DNA from: Thermoproteota archaeon
Lineage (GTDB): Archaea; Korarchaeota; Korarchaeia; Korarchaeales; Korarchaeaceae
DNA length: 64,000 nucleotides
Assembly: GCA_027491415.1 (NCBI GenBank)
Contig: JAOZFH010000056.1
Coordinates: 1 to 64,000 of the forward strand
Direction of reading: 5' to 3'
Shown here piece by piece: positions 28,301 to 36,722 of the stretch. Position numbers and translations under genes: made by a program. The notes under the pieces are model-generated. The model saw only the letters and a list, made by a program, of their open reading frames with translations. It was not told the origin of the DNA and ran no database searches. Position 1 is the stretch's first letter, and the number at the start of each line of letters is the position of its first letter.

Positions 28301-28843
28301 TTTCCCGCAGGTCGGGCAGGTCTTTGGTTTGGGTTCCATGGGATCTAAAAGGAGCGGAACTCCGTAATCCGGGCAGTCTGGGTTCCGGCACACGTAGGCG
28401 ATCTTCACTGGCTTGTCGAATACGTCGGAGACGCGGATGACTATTCCGGAGAGTTGGACAAACCTTCCGAGGGAGTAGGATGGGAGGTCTCTTATGGACG
28501 CCGTCGTGGGTAGGTTGTAAAACCTGATATGGAACTTACCGGAGGCGTAAAGCTCTAACTCCTCTCCGGAGATGTCACCGTACCTCCTTACTAATCTAGC
28601 CAAGGCCAGGGAGGCGGCCTCGAGGTGACGCTGTGGGTTCACCAGCAGATCCTTCGCAATTTCCCTGGAGGGGAGGTGGGAGAAGAGGTCTTGGTAGTCC
28701 ACCCTAAGGGATCTCTTTCGAGACTCCACCATCTCCGGTATCTTGTTAAGATACTTCCTCTCCCCGGCCTCGTCAACGAACGTTACGATGAAATCCTCGT
28801 AGACTGCGACCAGATCCCCGTCAAACTCCGCGGTCTCCCCCAT
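25385..28843 (-). CDS. mcm: Replicative helicase MCM (contains one intein)
   Basis: RGEINLLFVGDPGTAK|SQLL, AGLTAAV, IDEFDKM, MEQQTISIAKAGI, LSRFDL, TARQLEALIRL. Confidence 0.96.
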   Translation of the reverse strand: MGETAEFDGDLVAVYEDFIVTFVDEAGERKYLNKIPEMVESRKRSLRVDYQDLFSHLPSREIAKDLLVNPQRHLEAASLALARLVRRYGDISGEELELYASGKFHIRFYNLPTTASIRDLPSYSLGRFVQLSGIVIRVSDVFDKPVKIAYVCRNPDCPDYGVPLLLDPMEPKPKTCPTCGKATLKRDLEKTELVSWQVIRVQERPEDLPPGAMPKHVDAILTDDLVDEVKPGDRVTLTAIIDLRPARRQEDSGYGILFKRYLVVNDVEVPTRTYEKIEITPEDERAILELARDSKLEEKIVDSIAPSIYGHRIKKKAIALALFGGNPVVLPDGTRIRGEINLLFVGDPGTAKCVSRDTLVFTKDGPTRVDSLIDESTAFDAPDGKVSGVNTRVLSMSPTLSLDWVDPTAAAKRSQNSDLLEVRTKTGLRIKVTKNHPFLVLDTDGYVKYLPASELRPGTFVAIVGSFQPPSVHPPVTHWIQITPSLMELLGILLTRARILDAGRGREYHLLLLPSAAQRFAELAKEAGVVRLEEHGRLCHVRLRVKKRLAADLSRLIPTLDGHPSTREIPFWIVSAEVSHLVAFLKGYLRAESSYLKKTRCLAIVARNPKIMHQLRLILSRLGVTHPRIQPSKSGHRLLLSASQISVLNQNVDLSEILPAEALIKRDTGGSDLSDKIPHVGRILHRIRRSLGVSREKLGIPISTLIRYERGLAHIPRSRLRKVLLELERAAGDLLGSYPTGREIRRELAYLNMLVESDVAWDEVESVRTVHGDGWVYDVEVPYNRNFVANGFIVHNSQLLKYTAQIAPRGLYTTGKGATAAGLTAAVVRDAATGGWTLEAGALVLADRGVACIDEFDKMNENDRRAIHEAMEQQTISIAKAGIVATLNARTTIIAAANPKYGRYDPLRSPAENINLPPTILSRFDLIYLIKDVPEEDYDAGVADHILKARMGVNPDVEPAIPPDLLKKYIAYARQRIRPQMTEEASRVIREFYLSMRREVGKLAGEMEGPLPIPLTARQLEALIRLAEARARMFLRSYVTEEDALTAVELMREMLYDVGLDRTTGMPDMTGVVGAYMSATRRREELMKLLNEMATKADSRMVSEEEFIREAMEVLQIEERIVRNEIRVLRENGLIYSPRPGFLKPASGSTAL
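26456..27787 (-). mobile_element. 444-aa intein in the MCM Walker A, with degenerate LAGLIDADG endonuclease and HTH
   Basis: Begins CVSRDTLV after GTAK; block B VTKNHPF; ends VYDVEV..NFVANGFIVHN before Ser. Confidence 0.93.
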
Positions 28844-29396
28844 CCTCCCCCTTCTCGCCCAAGAGTAAGCTTATCCACCTACCGATTATAAGCCTGATCT
28901 GAGCGTAGACAACTCGTTCAGGTGGAGTTAGCCTCTCTACAAGCCTCTTTTCGACGACCTCAGATTCGGTCGCCAGAACAGCGTATCTGAGGGCCTTAGA
29001 CAGTCTCTTCTTGATCAGGTCCCGCCCGGTTATGTAGAGCCTTCGCGCGGCGAGCGGATCGCCTGCCTCGACCTCGATCTTCTTTCTCTCTCGCAGGAAC
29101 CATGTGAACGTAGCCGGTGGGAGTCTCGTGAGGCGAGAGGTCACCAGTTCCTTACTGAGAAGGGTTTCGAAGGACTTGAGGTCCAAGGGGTCCGCATATT
29201 CTGCGACTCCCAGCGATGTTAAGGTGTCGGCCAGCCATGCGGGGACGTCGATCTCCATGCCCTTCTTCAGCGGCCATGGGAACTCCTCAGGAAGGCCCTC
29301 TACAGTCTTAATCACCTTCACTCGGACCTCTGGGAGACTAATCAGCAGATTTGACGTCTCGGCCGACAGCGTGGGTAGGAGTCCCACCTTCTGCAA
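28821..29396 (-). CDS. GINS23 (Psf2/Psf3-like) subunit
   Basis: N-terminal B-domain (VRVKV..GMEIDVPAWLADTL..GVAE), RLSKAL, LTPPERVVY; overlaps the mcm start. Confidence 0.75.
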   Translation of the reverse strand: MQKVGLLPTLSAETSNLLISLPEVRVKVIKTVEGLPEEFPWPLKKGMEIDVPAWLADTLTSLGVAEYADPLDLKSFETLLSKELVTSRLTRLPPATFTWFLRERKKIEVEAGDPLAARRLYITGRDLIKKRLSKALRYAVLATESEVVEKRLVERLTPPERVVYAQIRLIIGRWISLLLGEKGEDGGDRGV

Positions 29397-29447
29397 GGTG
29401 AGGGCCTCAGCCTAATAACTTGGCTGAAGCCAGGGATCGCGAGCCTC

Positions 29448-30275
29448 ATGAGAGCTCACCCAATAGAGAGGGTTCACCTGTACGTGAGGGAGGATAGCCC
29501 GGAGGCATCAAGGCTGGCCGAGAGGGCGGTCAGGTTTCTCTCTGACCACGGAGTAGAGATACTCAGAGAACCCTCGCCGGTCGAGTCCAGGCCCGGCGCC
29601 ATCGTCATGGCGATCGGCGGTGATGGAACCCTGCTGAAGGCCTATCACGACTCAGGGGGAGCCCTCCCTTTGATCGGCGTCAAGGACGGAACGTACGGAC
29701 TCCTAATGGAGTTGGATGAAGGTAGCCTCCAGAAAGGTCTCAGGAGGCTTGTCGAGGGAGATTATGAGGTCGTCACGCACCCAGCCGTCCGGCTCGAGGG
29801 AGTTCCGGTTTCCCCCGCGTTAAACGAGGTGCTGCTGGCCTGTGGTATTAGGGGGAAGGCAAGCAAGCTCTCGGTGTACGTTGGTGGGGCGTTTGTGAAC
29901 TCGTTCATTGCGGATGGCTTGATATTCGCGACCCCGCTGGGATCGATGGCTTACTCGCTGTCTGCTGGCGGACCGCTAGTCGACCCCAGGGTCGACGCGC
30001 TGGTGGCCGCCCCGCTGGCGGCCTGGCCGCCAAGCATGATAGTGCCGGTCACCTCCTTCGTTGCACCCATGAACATAGAGGTGAGAGTGGAGTCCAATAG
30101 GGACCTCGTCGGAATCATAGACGGCCAAGTGGAAGTCCCGCTACAGAGGGAGGCGAAGATCAGGCTCGTCGGGGATGGGCCGAGATTTGCTAGGATGTAT
30201 CCGGAACCAGAGGGGTTCTACGGGAGGATAGTCGAGAGAGCCGGGAGGTGGTCGGCCCGCAAAAACGTCAAATAG
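29448..30275 (+). CDS. nadK: NAD(+) kinase
   Basis: GGDGTLL, LNE, DGLIFATPLGSMAYSLSAGGP, DGQ. Confidence 0.92.
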   Translation: MRAHPIERVHLYVREDSPEASRLAERAVRFLSDHGVEILREPSPVESRPGAIVMAIGGDGTLLKAYHDSGGALPLIGVKDGTYGLLMELDEGSLQKGLRRLVEGDYEVVTHPAVRLEGVPVSPALNEVLLACGIRGKASKLSVYVGGAFVNSFIADGLIFATPLGSMAYSLSAGGPLVDPRVDALVAAPLAAWPPSMIVPVTSFVAPMNIEVRVESNRDLVGIIDGQVEVPLQREAKIRLVGDGPRFARMYPEPEGFYGRIVERAGRWSARKNVK

Positions 30276-30299
30276 GAGGTCCTCCCACTATCAACACGG

Positions 30300-30388
30300 G
30301 CGGGGGTGGCCGAGCCTGGTCCAAGGCGGCGGACTCAAGATCCGCTGGGCGTAGGCCCGCGTGGGTTCAAATCCCACCCCCCGCACCA
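30300..30388 (+). tRNA. tRNA-Leu(CAA)
   Basis: Anticodon arm GCGGA-CTCAAGA-TCCGC, long variable arm GGGC-GTAG-GCCC, encoded CCA. Confidence 0.96.
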
Positions 30389-30403
30389 CTTCTTACCCGG
30401 GAT

Positions 30404-31564
30404 CTAATCCGAGGAACTCAGCAATCGAGAGGCCGTCTCAGATAGTTCGATCAGTTTGGTCCTCCCCAGGGTGGTTCTATTTATCAACCCAAGTTCTTCC
30501 AGCCTCTTGAGCATTCTAGAGACCTTGCTCTTAGAGAAGCCCACCATGGGCGGGATATCCCGCTGGGATACAGATCCACCGGCCGCCTGCACGGTTTCAA
30601 GGATCTTCATCTCCTCCGGAGAGAGTTGGGAGAGGACTGTCTTTGGCGGGGCCTCCTCCTTCACCGTGGGCGTCTCTCTGGGCTGCGTCAATTTACGCCT
30701 GAGCAGCAGGTAGGTGAGCGCGGCCGAGGTCAGGGCTGCGAGGCCATTGGACCCCACCAAGACGACCACACTCATGGGGGCTACCTGGCCCGACGTGGTA
30801 TTCCCCGGGGGATTCTGCTGGGACTGAGGCGGCGGGCTGGGGGTTCCCAGCAGGGAATAGGTAACGATAAAGAGCCTGCCCTCGCCGGGCGCCACCGTAA
30901 GATTTGTCCAGCTGACCTGCGTCCTTCTGGTAACCAGATTCGCCTCGATCACCGGCTTGTTGGGATAGAAGAGATTCATGAGCGGGCTGAGCTGGGTGAG
31001 CAGGGCATCCCTGGGAAGGAGGACTGTGACCTGCGTGTCTGTGATGCCCTGGACTAGGCTCAGGTTGGGGTTGTATAGGTTGAAGTTGAACATCCTGTAA
31101 CCTCCGGTCGTAGAGTTGCTGCCGATCGGCATCCAAGGCTTGACGTAACCCCCGGATAGGGCCACGTAGGAGATCTGAAAGGTCCCCTTCTCGCCCGGGG
31201 GTACGGGCGAGGGGAGGACTTCGACGAGCAATGTGGTGTCTGGTCCATTTAAGACCTCGACCCGCGCTCCCTCAGAGGTCGAGACGCTCGACTGGTCCAG
31301 TTTTATCAGTTCAGCTGGCCCGAGCGGAATAGAAATCGCCTTCACGGATATTCTGGAGCTCTCCGGGTTGAAGAATGTGCCCGATATGGTGACCTTGGAC
31401 GTATCGTCGCTCGAGATATCCACGTAGGCTCTGAACTCAACTAAATACGGGAACTCTTCTGGTGTTGGCTCGCATCTAACTGGCAGCGTCCCAAGCGCCA
31501 GCACTGATAGCAGAGCCACCGCCGAGATAGCGACGGCAAACGTCGAATTTATCGGCCAGCGCAT
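30404..31564 (-). CDS. Membrane-anchored regulator: signal peptide, extracellular beta domain, TM, C-terminal wHTH (COG2512-like)
   Basis: N-terminal hydrophobic leader, Pro/Gln linker, TM followed by RRK, LSPEE..VSQRDI..FSKSKVSRMLKRLEELGLI. Confidence 0.78.
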   Translation of the reverse strand: MRWPINSTFAVAISAVALLSVLALGTLPVRCEPTPEEFPYLVEFRAYVDISSDDTSKVTISGTFFNPESSRISVKAISIPLGPAELIKLDQSSVSTSEGARVEVLNGPDTTLLVEVLPSPVPPGEKGTFQISYVALSGGYVKPWMPIGSNSTTGGYRMFNFNLYNPNLSLVQGITDTQVTVLLPRDALLTQLSPLMNLFYPNKPVIEANLVTRRTQVSWTNLTVAPGEGRLFIVTYSLLGTPSPPPQSQQNPPGNTTSGQVAPMSVVVLVGSNGLAALTSAALTYLLLRRKLTQPRETPTVKEEAPPKTVLSQLSPEEMKILETVQAAGGSVSQRDIPPMVGFSKSKVSRMLKRLEELGLINRTTLGRTKLIELSETASRLLSSSD

Positions 31565-31689
31565 CGAGTCGACATTCCGAGAACTTAATTAATCGTTCAT
31601 AATCGTTTATTGACGGATCTATATGCCCAAGACTGTCGAACGAGATCGATGAAGACCTGGGAAACGAAAAGGGAAGGTGACCATGTCTA

Positions 31690-32067
31690 ATGACCAAGCC
31701 ACAGCTCGATGTTGAGGGGATAAAGCGCTGGGCCAAGACGCTCTCAGAGGAGTCCCTTCGGGGGGGGACCCTGATAGTCGTCGAAGGTAAGAGGGACGTT
31801 CAGGCTCTCGTAAAACTGGGGGTACGCGCCCACTTCATCACTGTTGTCGAGCTAGCGCGTGAAATGAGGGTAGAGGGCTCCCCGGCTGTCTGCGGCAAAA
31901 GATACGTGATCCTGACTGACTTCGATTCAGAAGGGAGGAAAATCAGGGAGAGGCTGGAGTCTGAACTGAGCCAGCTGGGCGCCACCATCGTCCGCTGGCC
32001 TGTCGCGGGATACCTTAGGCTAGGCCTCCCAGTGAGGGTGGAGGAGTGCTCCTCCCTGGAGGTGTGA
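31690..32067 (+). CDS. Small TOPRIM-domain protein
   Basis: IVVEGKRD, ILTDFDSEG. Confidence 0.85.
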   Translation: MTKPQLDVEGIKRWAKTLSEESLRGGTLIVVEGKRDVQALVKLGVRAHFITVVELAREMRVEGSPAVCGKRYVILTDFDSEGRKIRERLESELSQLGATIVRWPVAGYLRLGLPVRVEECSSLEV

Positions 32068-32069
32068 GT

Positions 32070-32585
32070 ATGGGTGAGGGTGAGGTGAGAATACGCGTCT
32101 CGACGTGGGTTAACAGAACAGAGAACCCGTCTAAGGTACTGAGGGCCATTAAGAACGTGGTTCCCGTCAGCGAAGAGGATGAACTCCCCGATCAGCTTGG
32201 GGAGGGCTGGCCGCGGCTCATGGCATTCGAGACCTCTGGCCTAGACAAACTGTACAAGCTGCGCAGCTCTTTCCGCACAAATAGAATACTAGACACCGCC
32301 CGCATGCTTCTCCGGTCGTCCCTGCGGGGAGCCGTCATGGAGCTGCTGATTCACAAGCAGGCCGCGCTCTCTGGCTCCATTGTGCTGTGCGAAGGAGAGG
32401 AAGAGAGCCCGCTTGGAGCTATCCACTTGGAGATAATCCTTCCAGAGCATATGGAGGATAATATCACCCTATTCCTTGACTGGTTGGCCCCTAAGACCTC
32501 GGGAGGGAGGATAGTGAGGGAGACTACGCAGGCAGAGGTCAGGGCCGCCCTTCGCAGTAGCGGGTTCACAGCTCAATCGCCATGA
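32070..32585 (+). CDS. UPF0201/DUF54 RNA-binding protein
   Basis: VNRTENPSKVLRAIKNV, ILDTAR, HKQAA, ESPLGAI, WLAPKT. Confidence 0.85.
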   Translation: MGEGEVRIRVSTWVNRTENPSKVLRAIKNVVPVSEEDELPDQLGEGWPRLMAFETSGLDKLYKLRSSFRTNRILDTARMLLRSSLRGAVMELLIHKQAALSGSIVLCEGEEESPLGAIHLEIILPEHMEDNITLFLDWLAPKTSGGRIVRETTQAEVRAALRSSGFTAQSP

Positions 32586-33471
32586 GGTCCCTAGCCACGA
32601 ACGCGTTTGGGAAGATCACCCTCGCGCGGTCCTCTATCTCCCTGAGGTCTTCTTCCTTGTATCGGGCGCTAAAGTGCGTGAGGGCCAGCCTGGCCGCCCT
32701 CGCTTTGAGAGCGACCTCGCAGGCCTCCTCAACCGTGCTGTGTCCGGTTGCCTCGGCCCTGTCGGCAAGATCGGACGTGAATGTGGCGTCATGGATCAGC
32801 AAATCGGCCTCGGTGGCCTCTTGGATCACCCGCTCCGTGGGTCTCGTGTCGGATGAGTAGACCACCGTCTTGCCGGGCCTAGGGGGGCCGACCACCTCTT
32901 CAGGACTGACCACTCTCCCATCGGGCAATCTGACCGGGATACCCTTCTTCAGCAGCCCTCGCATGATCGGAGGGACACCGAGCCTGTCAGCCAGTTCAAC
33001 GTCTAGTTTTCCTGGTTTGGGCCTCTCTACGACCTTTACCCCGAACGTCGGCGTGTCTCCGTGTTCTACTGGGAACACTTTAACCGTGTACTTCTTGAAT
33101 TCGAACTTGGCCTCGCTGCTAAACTCGACGAGCTTGAGAGGGAAATCTACTCTGAAAGAGGCATGCTTTGCGAGGCTGTCGATCAGCGCGCCAAGCCCCG
33201 GTGGAGAAAAGACCTCCAGGGGCCTGGTCCTACGCAGTATCCCCATAGTCTGGAGGAGTGGAAAGAGCCCTAAGAAGTGGTCCCCGTGGAGATGGGTGAT
33301 GAAAATCCTATTGAGGCGACCGAACCCCAGGCCAGCCTCGATGATCCTCCTCTGGGTGCCCTCCCCGGCGTCAATGAGGAGGTACTCTCCGTCCATGACT
33401 AGGGCTATGGACGTCAGGGATCTGTCCTTGGTGGGCACGGCGCTGCTGGTCCCGAGGAAGGTCACTTTCAA
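32566..33471 (-). CDS. rnz: Ribonuclease Z
   Basis: FLGTSSAVPT, DAGEGTQ, THLHGDH, exosite arm, DTRP, HDATF, GHST, LTHFSARY. Confidence 0.95.
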   Translation of the reverse strand: MKVTFLGTSSAVPTKDRSLTSIALVMDGEYLLIDAGEGTQRRIIEAGLGFGRLNRIFITHLHGDHFLGLFPLLQTMGILRRTRPLEVFSPPGLGALIDSLAKHASFRVDFPLKLVEFSSEAKFEFKKYTVKVFPVEHGDTPTFGVKVVERPKPGKLDVELADRLGVPPIMRGLLKKGIPVRLPDGRVVSPEEVVGPPRPGKTVVYSSDTRPTERVIQEATEADLLIHDATFTSDLADRAEATGHSTVEEACEVALKARAARLALTHFSARYKEEDLREIEDRARVIFPNAFVARDLMAIEL

Positions 33472-33477
33472 GGGCGG

Positions 33478-34518
33478 TCACCTTGACCTCGCCACGACTA
33501 TCCTCCTTGTTAGGCTTTTGTGCTCCCTGTAATCCACCACCTCCTCGACCTCTAGGTACGACGCGATCACCTCGTCGGGGTGGGCCTCCGCCGGATAAGC
33601 GGCGACGAGCCGGCCGCCCAGTCGGAGGAAATCTGTCACCCTAGACACGAAGGCCGAGAACGTCCGGAGGGGATGGTCTGTCAGCGGCGTGGAGCGGCCG
33701 TAGGGGGGGTCAGTTACTACGGCATCCACCTGACGGGCAAGTCGAAGGGAGGTAGCGTCGCAGACCCATAGATGGTAGCCCTCAGCGTAGCCGTAGTGCC
33801 GGAGGTTTAACTCGGTCCCTGCCACCATCCTCTGGTCAACGTCGCATCCCAGCAGGCGTCCCCCAACCGATAACACCTCAAGAGCGATCCCACCGGCGCC
33901 AACGAATGGATCTAACACCACGTCTCCTCTTCTGACCCTTGCCAGATTCACCATCGCCCTAGCGAGCCTCGGATTCATGGAGGCGGGGTGCTTGAAGGGT
34001 CTCCTGGACACGTCCCTCTCGCGGAACGCTGATCGGTCCACCTCGGCCAACAGGATTCCCAAGTGAATGAGATTTCCGCTCAGAATGACTAGAACGACGG
34101 TCTTTGGAGCCTCCAGATCCACCTTGAGGAAAGAGTTTGCCCTCAGGATGGACTCCGCAACCCGCTCGGAGATCTCCTCCCTACTGAGTTGCCTGAGGGC
34201 GCCCTGAACGCGTATTGCACGGACCGCAAAGGGGCCCCTCAGGCCTGACCAATCGATTCTATCGAGGAGTTCGTTAACGAACCTCAGGGATCCCCGTGCT
34301 GAGCCCAAGTAGGCGGATACGGATCTTGCGAATGAGGCCATCCTAGACACCGTCATCGCCGCTTTTAACGGGTCTAGCGCGGAGAACTGGGCGACCTGGG
34401 GGGACAGGAGACGCGGCTCCTCTCCAACGCGCTCGGCCTCTACTATCCCGCGGAGTTCGAGCATAGGGAGAGTTGGATGCTCCCCGCTAAGGAGAACCAC
34501 CAGCTCTCCTTCTTCCAC
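33478..34518 (-). CDS. trm11: tRNA (guanine-N2-10) methyltransferase, THUMP domain
   Basis: LSGEHP, RPFKHPASMNPRLARAMVNL, DPFVGAGG, TDPPYGRS, HKSLTR. Confidence 0.88.
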   Translation of the reverse strand: MEEGELVVLLSGEHPTLPMLELRGIVEAERVGEEPRLLSPQVAQFSALDPLKAAMTVSRMASFARSVSAYLGSARGSLRFVNELLDRIDWSGLRGPFAVRAIRVQGALRQLSREEISERVAESILRANSFLKVDLEAPKTVVLVILSGNLIHLGILLAEVDRSAFRERDVSRRPFKHPASMNPRLARAMVNLARVRRGDVVLDPFVGAGGIALEVLSVGGRLLGCDVDQRMVAGTELNLRHYGYAEGYHLWVCDATSLRLARQVDAVVTDPPYGRSTPLTDHPLRTFSAFVSRVTDFLRLGGRLVAAYPAEAHPDEVIASYLEVEEVVDYREHKSLTRRIVVARSR

Positions 34519-35551
34519 CTTGGAACTCCCTCCTGACCACCTCGAGAAGCTCCTCGATCCCTTCACCCCTCTCGGCAGACACTCTTAGGTGGGGAAAACA
34601 GAGGTCTCGGCACGCGTTGGTGAACTCTCTCGCTCCCCTCTCAAATAGGCCTCCGAGATCGGCCTTGTTGAGGACGACTATTATCGGCGATTCGCCGAAC
34701 TGAGAGGCTATCTCCCTCAAGAGACCGATCTGCTGTTCGATCCTATAGCCGCAGGTCTCTGAGGGATCCGACACGAAGAGGATCACGTCGGCCAGCCATT
34801 TAAGGGCCACGATAGCCTGGAGCTCAATCTCATTCCTCTCGTGGAGCGGCCTGTCCAGAAGCCCAGGTGTGTCCATCACCTGGACACGGCCCACCCCCCT
34901 GAGCGAGGCGTGGCCGAGCAGGATCCCCTTCGTTGTGAAGGGGTACTCCGCCACCTCAGGCCTGCCCGTGGAGATTCTCCTCACCAACGTGCTTTTTCCG
35001 GTGTTGGGAGGGCCGGCGAGGACCACTGTGGGCGTCTGAGGGTCTATGGAGGGAAGTTTCCTGAGCCTAGCGGCGGCCTCCCTGACGCACCCTATCTCCT
35101 CAGACACCCTTCTGACGATTGAGACCATCCTCGCCATGGCCCTCTTCCTCACAGACTCGAGCCGTGGGAAATCCTCTGCCCGGTAGAGATTGCGCACCTC
35201 GGCCGCGGCAACCTTTCTCGTCACCTTGGCTGCCCACTCTAGAGCCCCAAGGCAGTGGCGGAGCCGGTCGACTCCGAAAACCACATCTGCCAGCTCCCGA
35301 TAGAAGGGGTGGACCGAGTTCAGAGGGGGGAATGACCTCACGGATGAACGGAGCGTGTTCCAGACTACGTCCCTGAAAGCCACTATCCGGGCCCGCTCCC
35401 TGGCCCTGGCTCTCACAACTGGGTCGGGTATCTTACCGAGGGACTTCGGGGTGAAGGCGGCTTTAAACGCCCGGTCAATGAGGCTGGCTGGTTTAGGCGG
35501 CGGGGCAACCCCGAAGAATGGATTCCCCACCCGCTCTTCACGAGACGACAA
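34487..35551 (-). CDS. NOG1-family GTPase
   Basis: HPFYREL, GPPNTGKS, YPFTTKG, DTPGLLDRP..RNEIE, NKAD. Confidence 0.92.
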   Translation of the reverse strand: MSSREERVGNPFFGVAPPPKPASLIDRAFKAAFTPKSLGKIPDPVVRARARERARIVAFRDVVWNTLRSSVRSFPPLNSVHPFYRELADVVFGVDRLRHCLGALEWAAKVTRKVAAAEVRNLYRAEDFPRLESVRKRAMARMVSIVRRVSEEIGCVREAAARLRKLPSIDPQTPTVVLAGPPNTGKSTLVRRISTGRPEVAEYPFTTKGILLGHASLRGVGRVQVMDTPGLLDRPLHERNEIELQAIVALKWLADVILFVSDPSETCGYRIEQQIGLLREIASQFGESPIIVVLNKADLGGLFERGAREFTNACRDLCFPHLRVSAERGEGIEELLEVVRREFQGGRRRAGGSP

Positions 35552-36701
35552 ACCTGATCACCGAGTAGCCCAGATTCACCGCCAAGAGGACCCATATTAG
35601 TGCAGACACCGCGAGCACGATCCTCCCCTCGAAGGTGCCAGTTAGGTCCCGTTCGCCAGTGAGGTCGACCCCCAGGCGAATCGCCAGAACCTTGCCCACA
35701 TCCAGTGGGAGGGCGGGCATGGCGTTGATTGCCGCGGCGCTCAGGTTGAACAGGATCGCCAGCAGGATGTCCTTAGAGAGTTCGAAGGCCCAGGATGTGG
35801 GGAGGATGGAGATTCTCGGTGCGTAGTACCCCAGTGGAGAAAGTAACACGCCCATCCATGGCGCCGACTGGTTATCCGGCCTAGACCCAAGCCTCAGGGA
35901 CAGCGGTCCCTCGCTGGTGTCTAAGATCACCAGGTCCCCCGGCTTTGCCCCCCTGAGGATGGAGGAGAGCGCGTCTATCGTCGGGGTGGGTGTGGAGTTC
36001 ATGGCGTAGATTACGATGCCGGGCTGAATTACCCCCCAAGAGGGACTGTCTGGGACCACTCGCTCCACGTATATTCCAGAGGGCGTTCTTGGAAAGCCCT
36101 GAAGCGTGCCTAGGCCCACCACCAGAAGTAGAATGGCGAGGATCACGTTCGCCCCTATGCCGCTCGACAGGACCCTCGCGGATCTTCTCGGTGGGAGTGA
36201 GAGAAGTTCTCTCTCGTCAAGCTCAACGAAAGCGCCTGGTATCAGGAGAAGGATGAAGAAGCCGATCTTCCTGATCTGGAGTCCTTCGCCTACCGCTGCA
36301 TAGGCGTGCCCCAGCTCGTGGGCCAGCAGCGTGAGAAAGAGAGCCAGTACAACACCCCAGCTGAGAGAGAGCGTGAAACCCGGTATGGGAGGGAGTACCG
36401 AAGGAGGAGCCTGCCAGCCAGAGGAGATCAAGTTCCAAGTGATCCTTGCGAGCCAGGCAGCGGTGACCAAGCCGAGGGGAATGGCCAGAGCTGTGGAGAG
36501 ATCCCCAACTACTATGAAGGCCCTCCTGAAGACCTTTGCTGGTTTCAGCAGGATCTCCTTCATTCTACCTGAGGAGTTGATCTGGAGGTAGAGGGGCCCT
36601 CCTTCAAGCCACTCTATGCCCAACTTCCTGGCCAATATGGAGGTCGCCGAAGTCGCTATCGCGTAGGTCAGGAGGATGCCCAGAAAACTCATCTGTATCA
36701 C
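35538..36701 (-). CDS. Site-2 protease (M50) with PDZ domain
   Basis: HELGH, PGAFVE, NAMPALPLDVG, multiple TMs, PDZ-like insert. Confidence 0.9.
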   Translation of the reverse strand: MIQMSFLGILLTYAIATSATSILARKLGIEWLEGGPLYLQINSSGRMKEILLKPAKVFRRAFIVVGDLSTALAIPLGLVTAAWLARITWNLISSGWQAPPSVLPPIPGFTLSLSWGVVLALFLTLLAHELGHAYAAVGEGLQIRKIGFFILLLIPGAFVELDERELLSLPPRRSARVLSSGIGANVILAILLLVVGLGTLQGFPRTPSGIYVERVVPDSPSWGVIQPGIVIYAMNSTPTPTIDALSSILRGAKPGDLVILDTSEGPLSLRLGSRPDNQSAPWMGVLLSPLGYYAPRISILPTSWAFELSKDILLAILFNLSAAAINAMPALPLDVGKVLAIRLGVDLTGERDLTGTFEGRIVLAVSALIWVLLAVNLGYSVIRFVVS

Positions 36702-36722
36702 CGCTCGGGCTTCGCCCTTCCC

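Noticed and set aside
31640-31695. CGATGA...CTAA pattern before the TOPRIM gene as a C/D sRNA
   Set aside because: Boxes too degenerate, no terminal stem and no identifiable target
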